64,000 bases of DNA, taken from Antechinus flavipes (taxonomy: Eukaryota). Position 1 is the stretch's first letter. The number at the start of each line of letters is the position of its first letter. The DNA lies in NCBI RefSeq assembly GCF_016432865.1, contig NC_067398.1, forward strand, positions 544,856,001 through 544,920,000, given 5' to 3'. Under the pieces are notes generated by a model. It ran no database searches and was not told the DNA's origin. It saw nothing but the letters and a program-made list of their open reading frames with translations. The position numbers and the translations under genes are program-made. Below, piece by piece: positions 12,168 to 24,739 of the stretch.

Positions 12168-12920
12168 AACATATTCTCAGACTTTTGGGTATCAGGATAG
12201 CTTTACACTCTTAAAAATTATACAGCACCCCAAAGAACTTTTGTCTATATGGGTTTTATCTATCAATATCTAAATCATTAGAAATTAAAACTGATAACAG
12301 TTCAAAATTATAAATTCATTTAAAATTATAATTACAAACTATTAATAGTAACATAATATTTTATTTTAAAAAATCATTGCATTATCCAGAACAAAAACAA
12401 TTAATGATGAGTGACATTGTTTTACATATATTTTACAAGTCTCTTTAATATTTGGCATATAAGATAGCTCATATCTCCTTCTGTATTCAGTCTATTGTGG
12501 TGTTGTTTTAGTTGTAGTAAGTATTAAAAATCTGGCCTCACACAGTTGGTTAGTTGTTGTCCTTTGTTCTGGAAGAAGACCAAATGATATCAATATGTTA
12601 GAGTTGAATTACTGTGGCTAATCAGACCAATACAAGCTTGGAATGCTCTGCTATGGGTTAGACATAAATAGATTCTATGAACATTTAGGGTGGACTCTCT
12701 AGTTTTGCATTTCTTCTGAGCTAATTCAATTCAGCTTTGTGGTTCTCTGCAGCTTGTACTACTTTCAGCCTCACATGGATATGTATTTGGAAAAGGGAGC
12801 AGTATTTGAACAAGTAAATAACATCTTACCATTATTGTGAAACTAGTTTTGGCCTTTAATAGCTGCTAAAAGAATCTCAGGGATGCTCATGGTTTGCAAA
12901 TCACAGACTGAAAATTGTTG
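12168..12920 (+). mobile_element. hAT-Charlie1-type non-autonomous DNA transposon (Charlie1b-like), both ends present, interrupted
   Basis: Left end CTTTACACTCTTAAAAATTAT...CCCCAAAGAACTTTTG...TTAGAAATTAAAACTGA; internal GGCCTCACACAG continues after the insert as GATATGTATTTGGAAAAGGGAGCAGTATTT; right-end remnant near 12900-12920. Confidence 0.75.
12546..12766 (-). mobile_element. Marsupial RTE-associated non-autonomous element (RTESINE/WALLSI-type) inserted in the Charlie1 copy
   Basis: Antisense RTE tail GTTGTTGTCCTTTGTTCTGGAAGAAGACCA; flanked by near-duplicated GGCCTCACACAG (12534-12545) and AGCCTCACATGG (12767-12778). Confidence 0.65.
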
Positions 12921-14633
12921 ATCTAAAGAAGAAAATCAAAATTTTGACCTTTTAAGACTTTAAACTTCCATCCACAACCATTTCATAATGTATATATCAG
13001 GTAGAGAAAATCTTGCAAATATTATTCCAAAGTCGTTACATGATTCTATCTTTTGCCCCATTTTGCTCAATGCGTAGACATTTTGATTTAAAGGCATTTT
13101 GACCAATTAACAATCATATTAAATAAGACAATAAATTCAATACTATTTGGGTGAGAGGAATAAAAATTTTTAAATTCAGAATGAAGATGGAGTCTTAAAA
13201 AATTTAAGTATCCTCAAAGTTTATGTGAATATGTATAAAACTTTAAAATTATAATCTTTTAGGGAATATAGATATTTACAAAATATTTTCCCTTGTCTAA
13301 AGGAATTGTTTTCCAAGGACTTCATTTTTAAAGTATGTTAGTTAGCAGTCTAAGACATGTAAAAACAATGAAATGTAAAAATGAAATTTTTATCATACCA
13401 ATACAAGTATTAAAATAAATTAAATATCCTTTCAAGGATTATGGTTTGAGGGGGTAGATATTAAAAGCAAAAATTTTTCAAAAGTAGGATTTTACCAGAA
13501 CCAAATCAATTCAAATTTCAAAGCTTTAAGTTCTGTTTAAAATTGAGACCTAAACTATGGCAACTGTTTTCCTTCTACTTTCCTCCTACACCTTTTCTCC
13601 TTTCCTAGCTTACCTTCAATAGCAATAATAATATTTCCTGAGTACCATTTTAATAATTATTGCTCTTCAAATTCAGTAGTGATTGGTTACTAAATGTTTT
13701 TTCAAATCAGAATAAACCCCAAAAAATTATGAGCCCAAGCATCAAAAGCTTTATAATCAGTTTTTCTTATCTTCTTATCAATTGTACTCTGTTTTAAAGT
13801 TCAGCTGAAATAAGTATTTTCAGCATTTGAATCCTCAGATTTATATATTACTATTACTTTTATAAGTAGCAATCCTATTTTTCATTAATTTTATAGGTAA
13901 TTCACTAGTTTCATAAGTTAATCATATAATAATAAAGCAATTGCTTTGAAATAATAACAGATTTGTGATCAAGTTAAATTGTTTAAATAAAGCATAATAA
14001 CCAAAATGTAAATACCTTAATATAAATCCACAAATCTAAGGAAATAAAATATTTGCATGAAAATCAAGAAGTTAGAAACAAAATTTTTATTGTTATAGAA
14101 GTATGCCTGTCTCCAGTCAGAAGGAGACTATGAATGATTTCCTAATAGAGATTATAAAATTGGCACAGAGGCAAGAGACACTAAAATGCAATAGAACTGC
14201 CAACAATCAACATACTCATGAGTTGCATTAATAGAAATATCATTTTTAGAATAAGAAAGAAAACAATTTCAGTATATTCTGCAATGATCATACCATAGCT
14301 AAAGTAGTGTCCTTTTCTAGATGTCACATTTTAAGAAGGGCACTAAGATGAAACCATTTCAAAAAAGAGACAAATGAAGGAATAGAGGATGAGTTGAATG
14401 GAAAAAATTGACTTTGGAAATTGTATATGAGGTGTGGGGGTGGAGGCAGAAGCAGTATTTCTATGTAAGTTTTGTATATGTCTACAAGGGTTGTCAGAAG
14501 ACAGAGCACAAAAGATTAAGATCAATATATGATTTTTAAGCTTCCTTCCAGTTATAAATCTATGATCCAACTATATACAAAAAACTATGCTTTTTTAACA
14601 TTCCAATGGCCTTAGATAGTTTATCATGTATTA

Positions 14634-14758
14634 GTATTAACAAAGGTTAATTTGTGATATTTGTGAATAATATACTGTCTCATTTTTAGAAAACAAGTAT
14701 TAACAAAGGTTAATTTGTGATATTTGTGAATAATATACTCTCATTTTTAGAAAACAAG
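14634..14758. repeat. Tandem duplication of a 63-bp unit (second copy lacks 2 bp)
   Basis: GTATTAACAAAGGTTAATTTGTGATATTTGTGAATAATATACT(GT)CTCATTTTTAGAAAACAA occurs at 14634 and 14697. Confidence 0.95.
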
Positions 14759-16189
14759 ATAAATTGAAGAGAAGTTCATAGTTTCACATACAATTCTCAT
14801 TATTACTTCTTTTTGTATATTAGAATATTTTTTGTAATTGTTAAGTTCATAATTTGAAAAAAAACTTAAAAACCAATCTCTTATCACATTCTACTCCCTT
14901 GAACTTACAATGGTCCTATGGGTAACTTCTATTTCCATACCCTGGAAACACAGTACTACACAGAGGAAGAAATAGACATTTTCAACAATTTCCACCAGCT
15001 TCCTCCATCATCTCCCCTCAGAACTCCTTGAACCCCAAATTAGTCATGACTCTTAGGGTTATATCAATAGACCAGGAATATTCTCCAAAATCAATTTATC
15101 CAAATGACCCCAAAACCATAAATGTAATGATTACATAACCAGGCCTCTCCTTAATTTCAATGTCTAGCTACTTAGGCGTAGTCAAAATTGTGGTTATTTT
15201 GTTTTAAAAAATTTCCAGCCCTGAAGAAAGATGCACACACACTTTTTTTACACACACTTTTACAAGGCTAAGAGCACAGCTGTGACTGATGGCAGAAGAA
15301 AGATGGGGCCATGGGGAGAGAGTATCACAAAGTAGAAAGCAAGGCTCTGAGAGACCCCAATCCCAGCTTTCTCAGATGGTGTCTGATCTGTACTGATCAA
15401 AAGCCAAACAGCTGGAAATCAGTGGAATCTGAGGCTTCTACCTTGTGTGTAGTTTCCTGACTTGGCTGACAGCCAGACCTCCTTTAGGCCAAGGTAGATG
15501 CCGTGAAAAATTCCTCTTTGTCTAATACCCATGGGACAATCTGCCAGGATTAGGCTAAAGTCCTGGAATAACAGCTGACACCTATTCCCCTCACCAAAAA
15601 GGACCATGTAAGTGCTTTTGAGAAATTGTTGTGAGCTTATCCCTGATCCTTGTGAAGAAAACATGGAGGTATGTTGTTATTTTCACCAAGTCTTTTATCA
15701 AGGGTTAACGATCAAGACTTCATACCCACTGATCTCCAAACATAAAAATAATGCCCTTAAAAGCCAATGAGCCCTCCCCATGAGCTCCTGCCATGTTTTT
15801 AATGTTAAACAAGTTTACCCAACAGAAAACAAATGTACACGAATATTGTGCTACAATAATAGCCGTAATTCTGAATTAAAGATGAAAAATAGTATAGATT
15901 GGACCTGATTCAGACTGGTTTGATACTAGAGGTTCAAATTTGAAATGAAATTATGTATTTGTAGATTATTTGACAATGAACAAAAGCAGATTTACATAGT
16001 CTTCGCAAGGAAAGAATATTCAGCAAGGACACAGAATTGATTTAATGTAGTATGGTTTCCCTGTCTCTGTGTTGGCCATACTGGAGCTTGGTCAAGTTTG
16101 AAAGATAACTTCTGCCTCATTGTCATGGACCCAGCTTAGTCCTCTGTAACAATTAAATCTCAAAGAATATCTTTTAAGAAAAAACAAGT

Positions 16190-16400
16190 CTCTTGTTGGT
16201 ATTTTCCTACTCTTTATGACCTCATTTGAGTTTTTCTCAACAAGTTTGCCATTTCCTTCTCCAGATCATTGGACAGAAGAGAAAACTGAGGCAAACAGGG
16301 GTAAGTGACTCATCCAGAGCCAAATAGCTAGTCTCTTAACTCAGATTTCAACTTAGGTCTTACTGACTTTACATCTGGCATTCTATTCATTGCATCAACT
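16190..16400 (-). mobile_element. MAR1-like SINE
   Basis: TTTGCCATTTCCTTCTCCAG...GAAAACTGAGGCAAACAGGGGTAAGTGACT. Confidence 0.75.
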
Positions 16401-16994
16401 TTCTATGTGGTAAGTATTGCTTTTATCATAAAAATATGTTTCATTATTAAGTGGATCCTTGTAGATCATGAGAACAGACCTCTTTTCTTTACTTGAGGGT
16501 TTCAGGGTAAAATCTCATCACAACCTCAGCCTTAGATAAATCTATCTCATCTAAGCTGATAAAGCTTGGAAATATGAGCAGATGGGGGGATTGCTGTTGG
16601 CATTTAATGTCTATCTGTCTTTTGAAGTTCAGTAAACAATAGAAATACTGTATTTCATTTCTGGACTTGTCACAACTCCTATAAAGGTCGCCTGTGAAGA
16701 TGTTTTTATCCAATATACTGACTGAAGCACATCCAATTGCTATTGATTTTATGCTGCCTCCTAGACAAGATCTTAAAATGAAGGGAACATGGGGATGAAT
16801 TCAAAGATAAACTATTTGGAATGCACCTAGTTTACTTCAAGTGATCATTTACCTTAATTCAAAAAAGAAGTTATTTTACTTGGAAGATCAAGTGTTGAAG
16901 TTATGGGCCTAGGACCAGAACAAAAGAGACTGAGGGAGTGAGAAGTAAGTGTGAAAATGAGCAATTGATTAAATACTACTTTAAAACCAAACTC

Positions 16995-17232
16995 TTAGGT
17001 AGCACAAAGGATGAAGCAGCAGGCTTGTAATCAGAAAGACTCATCTTCATGAATTCAAATGTGGCCTCAGACACTTACTAGCCATATGACTTTAGACAAG
17101 TCATTTAACCCTGTTTGTCTGTTTCTTACCTGTAAAATGAGCTGGAGAAGGAAGTAGTAAACCTCCATTATCTTTGCCAAGAAAGGCCCAAATTGGATCA
17201 CAAATAATTGGAAATGATTGAAACAACTCAAC
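16995..17232 (+). mobile_element. MAR1-like SINE
   Basis: AAGACTCATCTTCATGAATTCAAATGTGGCCTCAGACACTTACTAGC...GCTGGAGAAGGAAG...TTTGCCAAGAAA. Confidence 0.8.
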
Positions 17233-17744
17233 AGAGCCAAAATGCATGATTCTTGAAAGTTCCTTAAAAGAAATCAGCATGAATAAAAAATGGGCGGTAA
17301 AACAAACCACTGAAAAGAAATAAATGAGGTTATTTATCTTTAGATGAAGAATGTGATTGCAGTAAGATAGAAAGGAAAAAGAAGGAAGTATGATCTTAAT
17401 GGCTTCAACTCACCTTAATTAGAAAATAGATTTAGAGCTAAACAAGCTTAAAGGTCAATTCCATACCTTATTTGTATAGATGAGGAAATGGAGATTTGAA
17501 GAGATTATGTGATCTAAGGTCAGTCAACTACTAAATATCTGAAGCAAGATTGGGTTTTGGATCTTCCTCACCTCAGAACACTATCCATACAGTCTCTGCT
17601 TTCTATACATCTCTTCAGTCATCTCATATCAAGAACATATCATCCCTAGAAAATGTTACAGAAATCTATGTGGAGGGTTTTTTTTTTTATTTTAAAAGAT
17701 ATATATTCCTTGCTAAATTTTGCTTTTCTTTAGGAAAAAATTAT

Positions 17745-18030
17745 AAAGACAATTCTGAGACACCACTCCACACTTCTCAGATTGGTCAAGATGATAGGAA
17801 AACATAATGATAAATATTGAAGGGGATGTGGGAAAACTGGGACACTAATGCCTTGTTGGTGGAATTGTGAAATGATCCAACCATTCTGGAGAGCAATTTG
17901 GAGATATTCCCAAAGGGTTATAAAATTATAAATACACTGATCCAGCAGTGTCTCTACTGGGCCTATATCTATCCCAAAGAGATCATAAAAATGGGAAAAG
18001 GACCCGCATGTGCAAAAATATTTGAAAAAA
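17745..18030 (+). mobile_element. LINE-1 ORF2 C-terminal fragment
   Basis: ATTCTGAGACACCAC...GGGGATGTGGGAAAACTGGGACACTAATG...CAACCATTCTGGAGAGCAATTTGGA...GTCTCTACTGGGCCTATAT; the same L1 region as 790-1535. Confidence 0.88.
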
Positions 18031-18655
18031 AGAAAGGATGAATAAGACATTAAGCTCAGAGGTAATATTGGCAACTAAACCTGTGCTGGAAGATTGTTGC
18101 AATATGAGCAATTATACTTCAGAAATGGCAACTGCTTCAAATCAGGGATTTATTTCTTGTCTTGCTAATTAGCAAACAATATATTTATCAACAATAATCA
18201 ATAAAAACAATTAAGAAAGTAATGGAAAAATGTTAATAAATGTAAATTAAACTTAAAGATTTATGGATTTTAAGAGAGCTATTGTTAATCATTTACCAGA
18301 ATAACTGTGCTTTAAAATCCACCACTGATTGATGCATCAAAATGTATATATCATGTACAGCAAAAACTTGAAAATGTAATGATAAGCAGTACTATGCTTA
18401 GGGGAAAAGTTCACTTCTGGCTAGCTGACATTTTGGGAAATATCTGTAGGGTAGGGAAGCAATCATTTCAGACCAGTTGGCAATGACAAAAAGACTCACT
18501 TTTAATTTGATTATTGTATTTTCTGATAGGTAAAGAGATCTAACTAGAAAAAGTATTTTTAAAAATTGATTAATATTTGTGATGTTAATATGGATTAATA
18601 TGTAATGTCAATATGGGAAACTCCCTCCATCTATGAAGACCTGAAAGCATCTTTT

Positions 18656-18890
18656 GGGGCACCTAGGTGGTAGAGGAGTTAGAGTACTAGGTTTGAAATC
18701 AAGAATACTCGTCTTCCTAAGTTCAAATCTAACCTGTTTCTAGCTGAGTGACCTTGGGCAAGTCACTTATCCCTGTTTGCCTCAGTTGTTCATCAGTAAA
18801 ATGAACTGGAGAAGGAAATGGCAAACCAGTGCAGCATCTTTGCCAAGAAAACCCCAAGTGTCACAAAGATTCTGAAAAGACTAAATAACA
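18656..18890 (+). mobile_element. MAR1-like SINE
   Basis: GGGGCACCTAGGTGG head; CTTGGGCAAGTCACTT core; GGAGAAGGAAATGGCAAACCA...TTTGCCAAGAAAACCCCAA tail. Confidence 0.85.
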
Positions 18891-19644
18891 GCCATCTATT
18901 TCTCGGGGTTGTAATGAAATTCTCATAAATCTTAGAGCACTTTATCAATATGAGCTATAATTATGGTTGAAATCCATTCTTTAAATACATTTCAATATTA
19001 TTTATCAAGTAATTTTATATTAAATAATTATGACATAATAAATATAACGTTTTATTAAGAAAACTTTTTGCCCTACTCAACCTGAAAGTCCTGTTCTTCT
19101 CTGTGAACCTGGAGCCTGCCTTATGAATTGAGTTGATTTGAAGGACAAATATCTTCTTTGCCAGTTTATCCCTGATGTCTTAAATGACACCATTAGGGAG
19201 TAATTTCTTTTGATTAAAGTACTATTCCCATTAAAAGGAAAATACTTCTTCAAAGATTGACAAGCTAGACCTTTTTTGATTATAGACATATGGTTGAAAA
19301 TAAGCTTTTCACATCATTTCTACCCAGACAGTGAGTAGAGAGTGATGGCGGTAAACCAGCTTGTATCTTATTAATGAGTCAACCTTTTATCACAGGAACT
19401 GGTTGCTTCTCATAATCAATTTGCTGAAGGACATTTAGCTATTAAGGGTAAGAAATGGAATTTGAATGTGGAGATTTCTCTACTACAAAGCCTAAACCCT
19501 TTATCTTTTATGAAACACTACCTCTCTAATATAAGTATTGTTTTGGGGAGTTTTGTTTGTTTGGGTTTTTTGCTAATCCTATTGAAAATAGGCTTTATCT
19601 GGCAAAGAGAAAAATAGTGAATGGGAGGGATGAGCAATATTGCA

Positions 19645-19743
19645 AAAAAGAAGAAAAAGGAGAAGAGAAGGAGAAGAAAAGAGAAGGAAGAAGAAGAAGA
19701 AGAAGAAGAAGAAGAAGAGAAGAAGAAGAAGAAGAAGAAGAAG
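19645..19743. repeat. (GAA)n purine-rich simple repeat
   Basis: Read directly from the sequence. Confidence 0.9.
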
Positions 19744-20149
19744 TTGCTGTTGTTGTGTGTCTAAATAGATATGAAAATTGAGAATAATTCTAGGCTCTGA
19801 TTATTGCTAGTAGTTTGAAGTCCAATCCTCTATAATGGAAATCACTAAAGACCTGAAGCCTCCCTGAGCAAACAAAGTCCCGAGTTAGCCATAGCAAAAA
19901 TGCTTTGTAAGTCTCACTTTCCTTCTAACAGTTTTGCTACTTTATAGTGCAAACCAATGGAGGCAATTTTTTTTTGGATTTTCCAAAGAAATATCTCTGC
20001 TTACTAAAATACTATTGCTTTCTTTGCCTAGGATTCTATCTATGAAAAAGAAAGATTTTATAAGTTTTAAGCAAACATTTCTTTTTTTCTGCCTTAAAAA
20101 GGGAAAAAAAAATTTAAGAGTACAGAACTCTTTAGGTTGATATGATCTG

Positions 20150-20575
20150 ATGAGCAGTAGCATAGCTTAGAGACATCACATGTTTGGAATCAGGGCAGCT
20201 GGATTCAAATTCTTTCATTGCTACTTATTAGTCCTATGACCCTCACTGCTGCTCTCCGAGCCTCAGTTTCTTTACCTACAATATGAGAGATTAAATTAGA
20301 TAAACTTTGAAATCTCCTCCAATTCTGGATCTACAGTGCTATGGTCTTATAACTAGAAATAACCCTAGACATCATCTGGCCCAATTTCTTCATTTCCCCT
20401 CAGATTGTGAACTTGATAAAAGACTTTAGTTTTTGCCTTTCTTTGAATCCCCAATGTTTAGCACAGTAATTGATACTTAGTAAGTGCTTAATAAATGCTT
20501 ATTGCTAAATGAGTATAGATGAAAAAACAAGAATCAAAGAGATTTAGTGACTTGCTCAACATTACACATAATAGT
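20150..20575. mobile_element. MIR (+, 20150-20340) tail-to-tail with MIR3 (-, 20345-20575); the MIR3 is split by an L2 tail (+, 20396-20512)
   Basis: MIR3 antisense TTTCTTCATTT resumes as TATAGATGAAAAAAC after CCCCTCAGATTGTGAAC...GTGCTTAATAAATGCTT. Confidence 0.65.
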
Positions 20576-22140
20576 TAATATTTATATAATTCTTATTAGA
20601 TAATTATTATCTTTTAATATATATTTTTTATTATTAATTCTACAATTATTTTCTCACTTGATCTTCCCAACAACTCTGAGACGTAGTGCTATTGATTTAA
20701 ATTTTCACCAGCCAGATACTATTTTTGCTGCCAATACCGAAGTGGGCCCCAGTAAGGAATGGAATCTCCTTTTATCTCCTCTTAATATGGGAACAAAATG
20801 ACTGCAGAAATTTTTTGTTTTCACAAAATTATCTTACATAGATAAAGCTACCTCAAAGTCACAGTTGCTTAGTGAATTCAGAAAGCCAAATGATCCATGT
20901 TAATTTCAAGAGTTATCTCCAGAAACCTGTATAATATAATATAATAATCTGTAACCTTGCTGACATACACAGCTAACATAGTTAACATACCTTGTTTAGG
21001 GTTTTTCTCATAAAAGGTCCCACCTTTCTCCTTGTTAAATATGAGTTCATAAGGAACTTTGCCTACTTGTTAAGAATTACAATAAAGCTATTCCCCTTTA
21101 CTTGAAAACAGTTAGAGACTATGAATTCATAATGGATAACTCTTTGCTTTTGTGACTTGTTATACCTCATAACTATTATCTCCTATTTACAGATGAGAAA
21201 ACTGAGGCTCAGAGAATTTTAGGGATTTTCTGGAATGATAGCTGTGCCTGTATGATAGAAGAGTCTTTCAACGCTCTAGGCCTTTTTTTTGCCTCATCTA
21301 TAAAATGTAGAGGCTGAACTGATTTCTTAAAAAACTTCAAGGTCTGAAATTCTGTAGTTCAGTTACTATATATTGAGCTATTTTCTTTTTTAACCATGGT
21401 TAGTCTCTGTTTTTTAATTTTTTTAAATTAATATCTGATTTAAACTTTCTTCCTCCACTTCCAACTTTCCCAACCCTACCCTTTTCAGGTGACATTCACC
21501 TTTGTGCTCCTTGAAACCCTTAAGAAATGCTTGTTTCATGTGGTTAATATTTTCTAACTTTCCTCCCCCTCAGTGATTTGAAATACCCATAGCACATCAA
21601 ACTCAAAGAAATTCTTTCCAAGTGTTGAAAATAGTCTCAGCCAGATAGGTTCTAACCATTGCCAGAAACCTTGGCACAGACTTTACTCTTCTGAACAGTA
21701 CTGATTTACAGTAGAGAGAGAAAAAAAAAAACTTGGTAGAGAGAAATATTAAAATAAAGTTCAATCATGTTTCTATTTAAAAGTGGTTTCAGCCAACAGC
21801 ATTGCAAAATAATGCTGGCCCATTACCAGGACACTGCACCTGCATGGAGGCTGGCCTTCCCCACGATTGCTAAATAACCTTTCAACTTGGTGCTACTGGC
21901 AAAACTGTGGCTAGTTTTCTCAATACACCATTTAACCAAAGCTCACATGAACAACTGCATAAGCACCAATAATTTTCTTCGTTCGTGTGTAGACATTCTG
22001 CTTTTGTATTTGGGATAAACATTCTTCACAGGCGGGGATTTTGTCAGTTTGACTAATATGGTGTCATTTAACATGAAGTGAGCTTCTTTTCCCTTTAATA
22101 ATTTTCACTGACTTTTAAAATGTTTTAAGTTTTAAAAGAA

Positions 22141-22465
22141 ATCTATCTATATCTGTATATGCATATATGTATGTATATATATATATATCTTTGTATATAC
22201 AGATATATGTATATGCATATATACACATATATATGAATACACACACACAGATGTATAAAGAAAAACAGAGAAAGAGACACAGAAAAAGAGAGACAGAGAG
22301 ATAGAGAAGAAAGACAGAGGCTGAAAGATGGTGAGAGAAAAGAGAAAAACAGAGGGAAAGAGGAATGCATAGAGACAGAGAGAGAAATGATAAAGATAGT
22401 AGACAGTCAGATATAGAGATGAGAGAAAAATTAAAAAGATAGATATGGAGATAAAAGAGAAGGTA
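22141..22465. repeat. Compound (TA)n/(CA)n/(GA)n low-complexity tract
   Basis: Read directly from the sequence. Confidence 0.9.
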
Positions 22466-22468
22466 GAT

Positions 22469-22719
22469 GTTGCTGCTAAATCTTTTCAGTCATGTCCAAC
22501 TCTTCGTGATACCATCTGAGGTTTTCTTGGCAAAGATACTGGAGGGGGACCAAATCCCTTCTTTCTCCAGTTCCTCTTACAAATGAGGAAACTGAAGCAA
22601 ACAGATTAAGTGACTTGCCCAGGATTACACAGCTAGTAAATGAGGCTGAATTTGAACTCCAGAAGATGAATCTTCCTGACGACTCCAGACCTAGCAGTCT
22701 ATCCCCTGTACTAGCTGCC
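22469..22719 (-). mobile_element. MAR1-like SINE
   Basis: CAGTCATGTCCAACTCTTCGTGA...TTTTCTTGGCAAAGATACTGGAG...AAATGAGGAAACTGAAGCAAACAG...CTAGCTGCC. Confidence 0.85.
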
Positions 22720-24285
22720 TAGATAGATAGAACACATTAGCAATTGTTTGGCAAGTTACGGTATTACAGACCTTCCTTACTTAGAAGTTAAATAACTTTC
22801 CCAGTATCCCACAATCATTGTATGTCATGAATGGAATTTTAATTTCTGTTTATAGAGTTTTCCTCATAATAACTCAAGGAGCATCCAAACTATGGCACAA
22901 GGTAATATAGGTCTAATGTTTGCTGAGCTCTTTGAGGTATTCCTACTAGGTTCCCAGGCCTCTTCTTATAATTATATTCATCTATAGCAATGAATTTAAT
23001 TATACCCTTGGTCTCTTACTTCAGGAGAGACTCCAACCCAGATCTTCCTGACATTAAGGCTAGATCTTAAGCCCAGTTTATCCCAACCCCACCTAACCAT
23101 GACAAACTGTCTGATATGAGATGGCAATCTGTGAAGACCAAATAAGATGATATGTGAAGTGTGCTTTGCAATCCTTTGTTATTATTGTTGAAGAACTATA
23201 TAAATGTTAACTATTGTTATAGTATTTTTCAACTTCATTATTATCAAAAAAAAAAAAATTAGCCATATTGAATCCCTGTCAAACTTGGTGCTGCTAAGGA
23301 ACTTTCTTCTCCCTTGTTTCTGCTTTCTCTTTCCTTCCCCCTTCCCTCCCATTCCCATCTCACAGTTACTCAGTGGCTTTGCTCTTTGCAAAGACTAACA
23401 GAAATAAACATATATATTCCTAAAGGCCAATCACTGCCCTGTAACCAATTTCTAAGGTTTATGGTTGTTGTTGAATGTGAATCTCTAAAGGCAAAACTTT
23501 ACCCTCCATTGATATACTTCCTTACATGGTCATGCTACAAAGTTTTGTAAAGGCTTGTAAGGAAGAAGTAATATGTGATTTCAGGGTGGCCAAGTGAAAT
23601 TCCCAACGGGAAATGAAAAAAGGTGAACTGCACACTGCATCTCCCCTGAGGTGAGAGATATTGGCTATAAAATAATTCACTGCTGGATATGATTACGCTG
23701 CCAAGAAGAGGCTTGCCTCCCTCCCCCTCAAAAGATTACCTCCACCAGCTCTGCAAACATTGGAATCTGGATTTGTTTGTTATCTTTTGTGAAGTTTTGC
23801 ACCCTGAATTATTATAAGTTATTACTTGAAGAAATTTCTTACCACATTATTGATATTTTTCCTCAAGCAAAATTCTAAAAGCAAGGCTTTTGTTTTCTAA
23901 GAGTTTGATCTTAATAACAATAATAATAGCTCACATTTTAATAGTTCCCTTAGCTTTGCAAATACTAGCCAGGAAGTAAAAAGGGAAGAGCCTTCTTGCA
24001 TTGAATGAAAATATGAGGTAGGATGAAAACTAAGGATTCTGACCCAAGGTTTTTGCTCCTTTCATTCTAGCATCAGAAATAAGGCCTTAAGCTTACAGTT
24101 TTGTAAAGTTTTTGGCTTAGTCAAGTCTGGTATAAGATTTTCAAAATTCTTTTCTTATCATCAATCTCGATTGCAAAGCACTTCACTTTTATTGTTTGCT
24201 GTTGTTATTGTTGTTTTTCTCCTAAATATTCTTTTGTCATGCTCCATTCTTGCTAATAAATCTCACTTAGTAATTGAAGAAGTAT

Positions 24286-24442
24286 GGGGGGGGGGGGAAG
24301 TACCACGTTGTGGGAGATTGGTTCAGAAAGTGAAGAATTCACAACAGGTATTTATAGTCACAAGGTCTTTGTTGACGTGAAAATGCATATATAAAAGCAT
24401 ATTCCACTTCTGTCTCATGTAGACACAACAGACATGTGTCTA
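24286..24442 (+). promoter_or_regulatory. Compact TATA-type promoter-like module
   Basis: G-run 24286-24298; ATTGG (reverse CCAAT) ~24316-24321; MEF2-like GTATTTATAG 24348-24357; TGACGTG 24373-24379; TATATAAAAG 24388-24397. Confidence 0.3.
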
Positions 24443-24739
24443 AATAAGACGAAAAGTAGAATATGACTTTACATATGCCAACAAGACAGCCTACCTTTGT
24501 GTGTGACAGTAGGAACAGTATGGCCTCAATTAAAGTTATATATAATTCCTGGCATTGGAAACAGGATGGGCTTGTTAAAGTTGCTACTCCACGTTATAAT
24601 GAAGCCAGATATAGGAGAAATTTTGAAGTCTACATAGATTTTATATATTCAGAACTTAGGATCGTCCTAAAATTCATATCTGACCCTATCATCACCAGCC
24701 CCCCCATCTTATTCAATAAAGTCTATTAGATCCCTATCA

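Noticed and set aside
19557-19781. Arg/Glu-rich ORF
   Set aside because: Translation of a (GAA)n repeat.
23526-23665. Possible - strand exon (TTATTTTATAG acceptor, GTAAGG donor) with one open frame
   Set aside because: Weak polypyrimidine tract, unrecognisable peptide and no partner exons.
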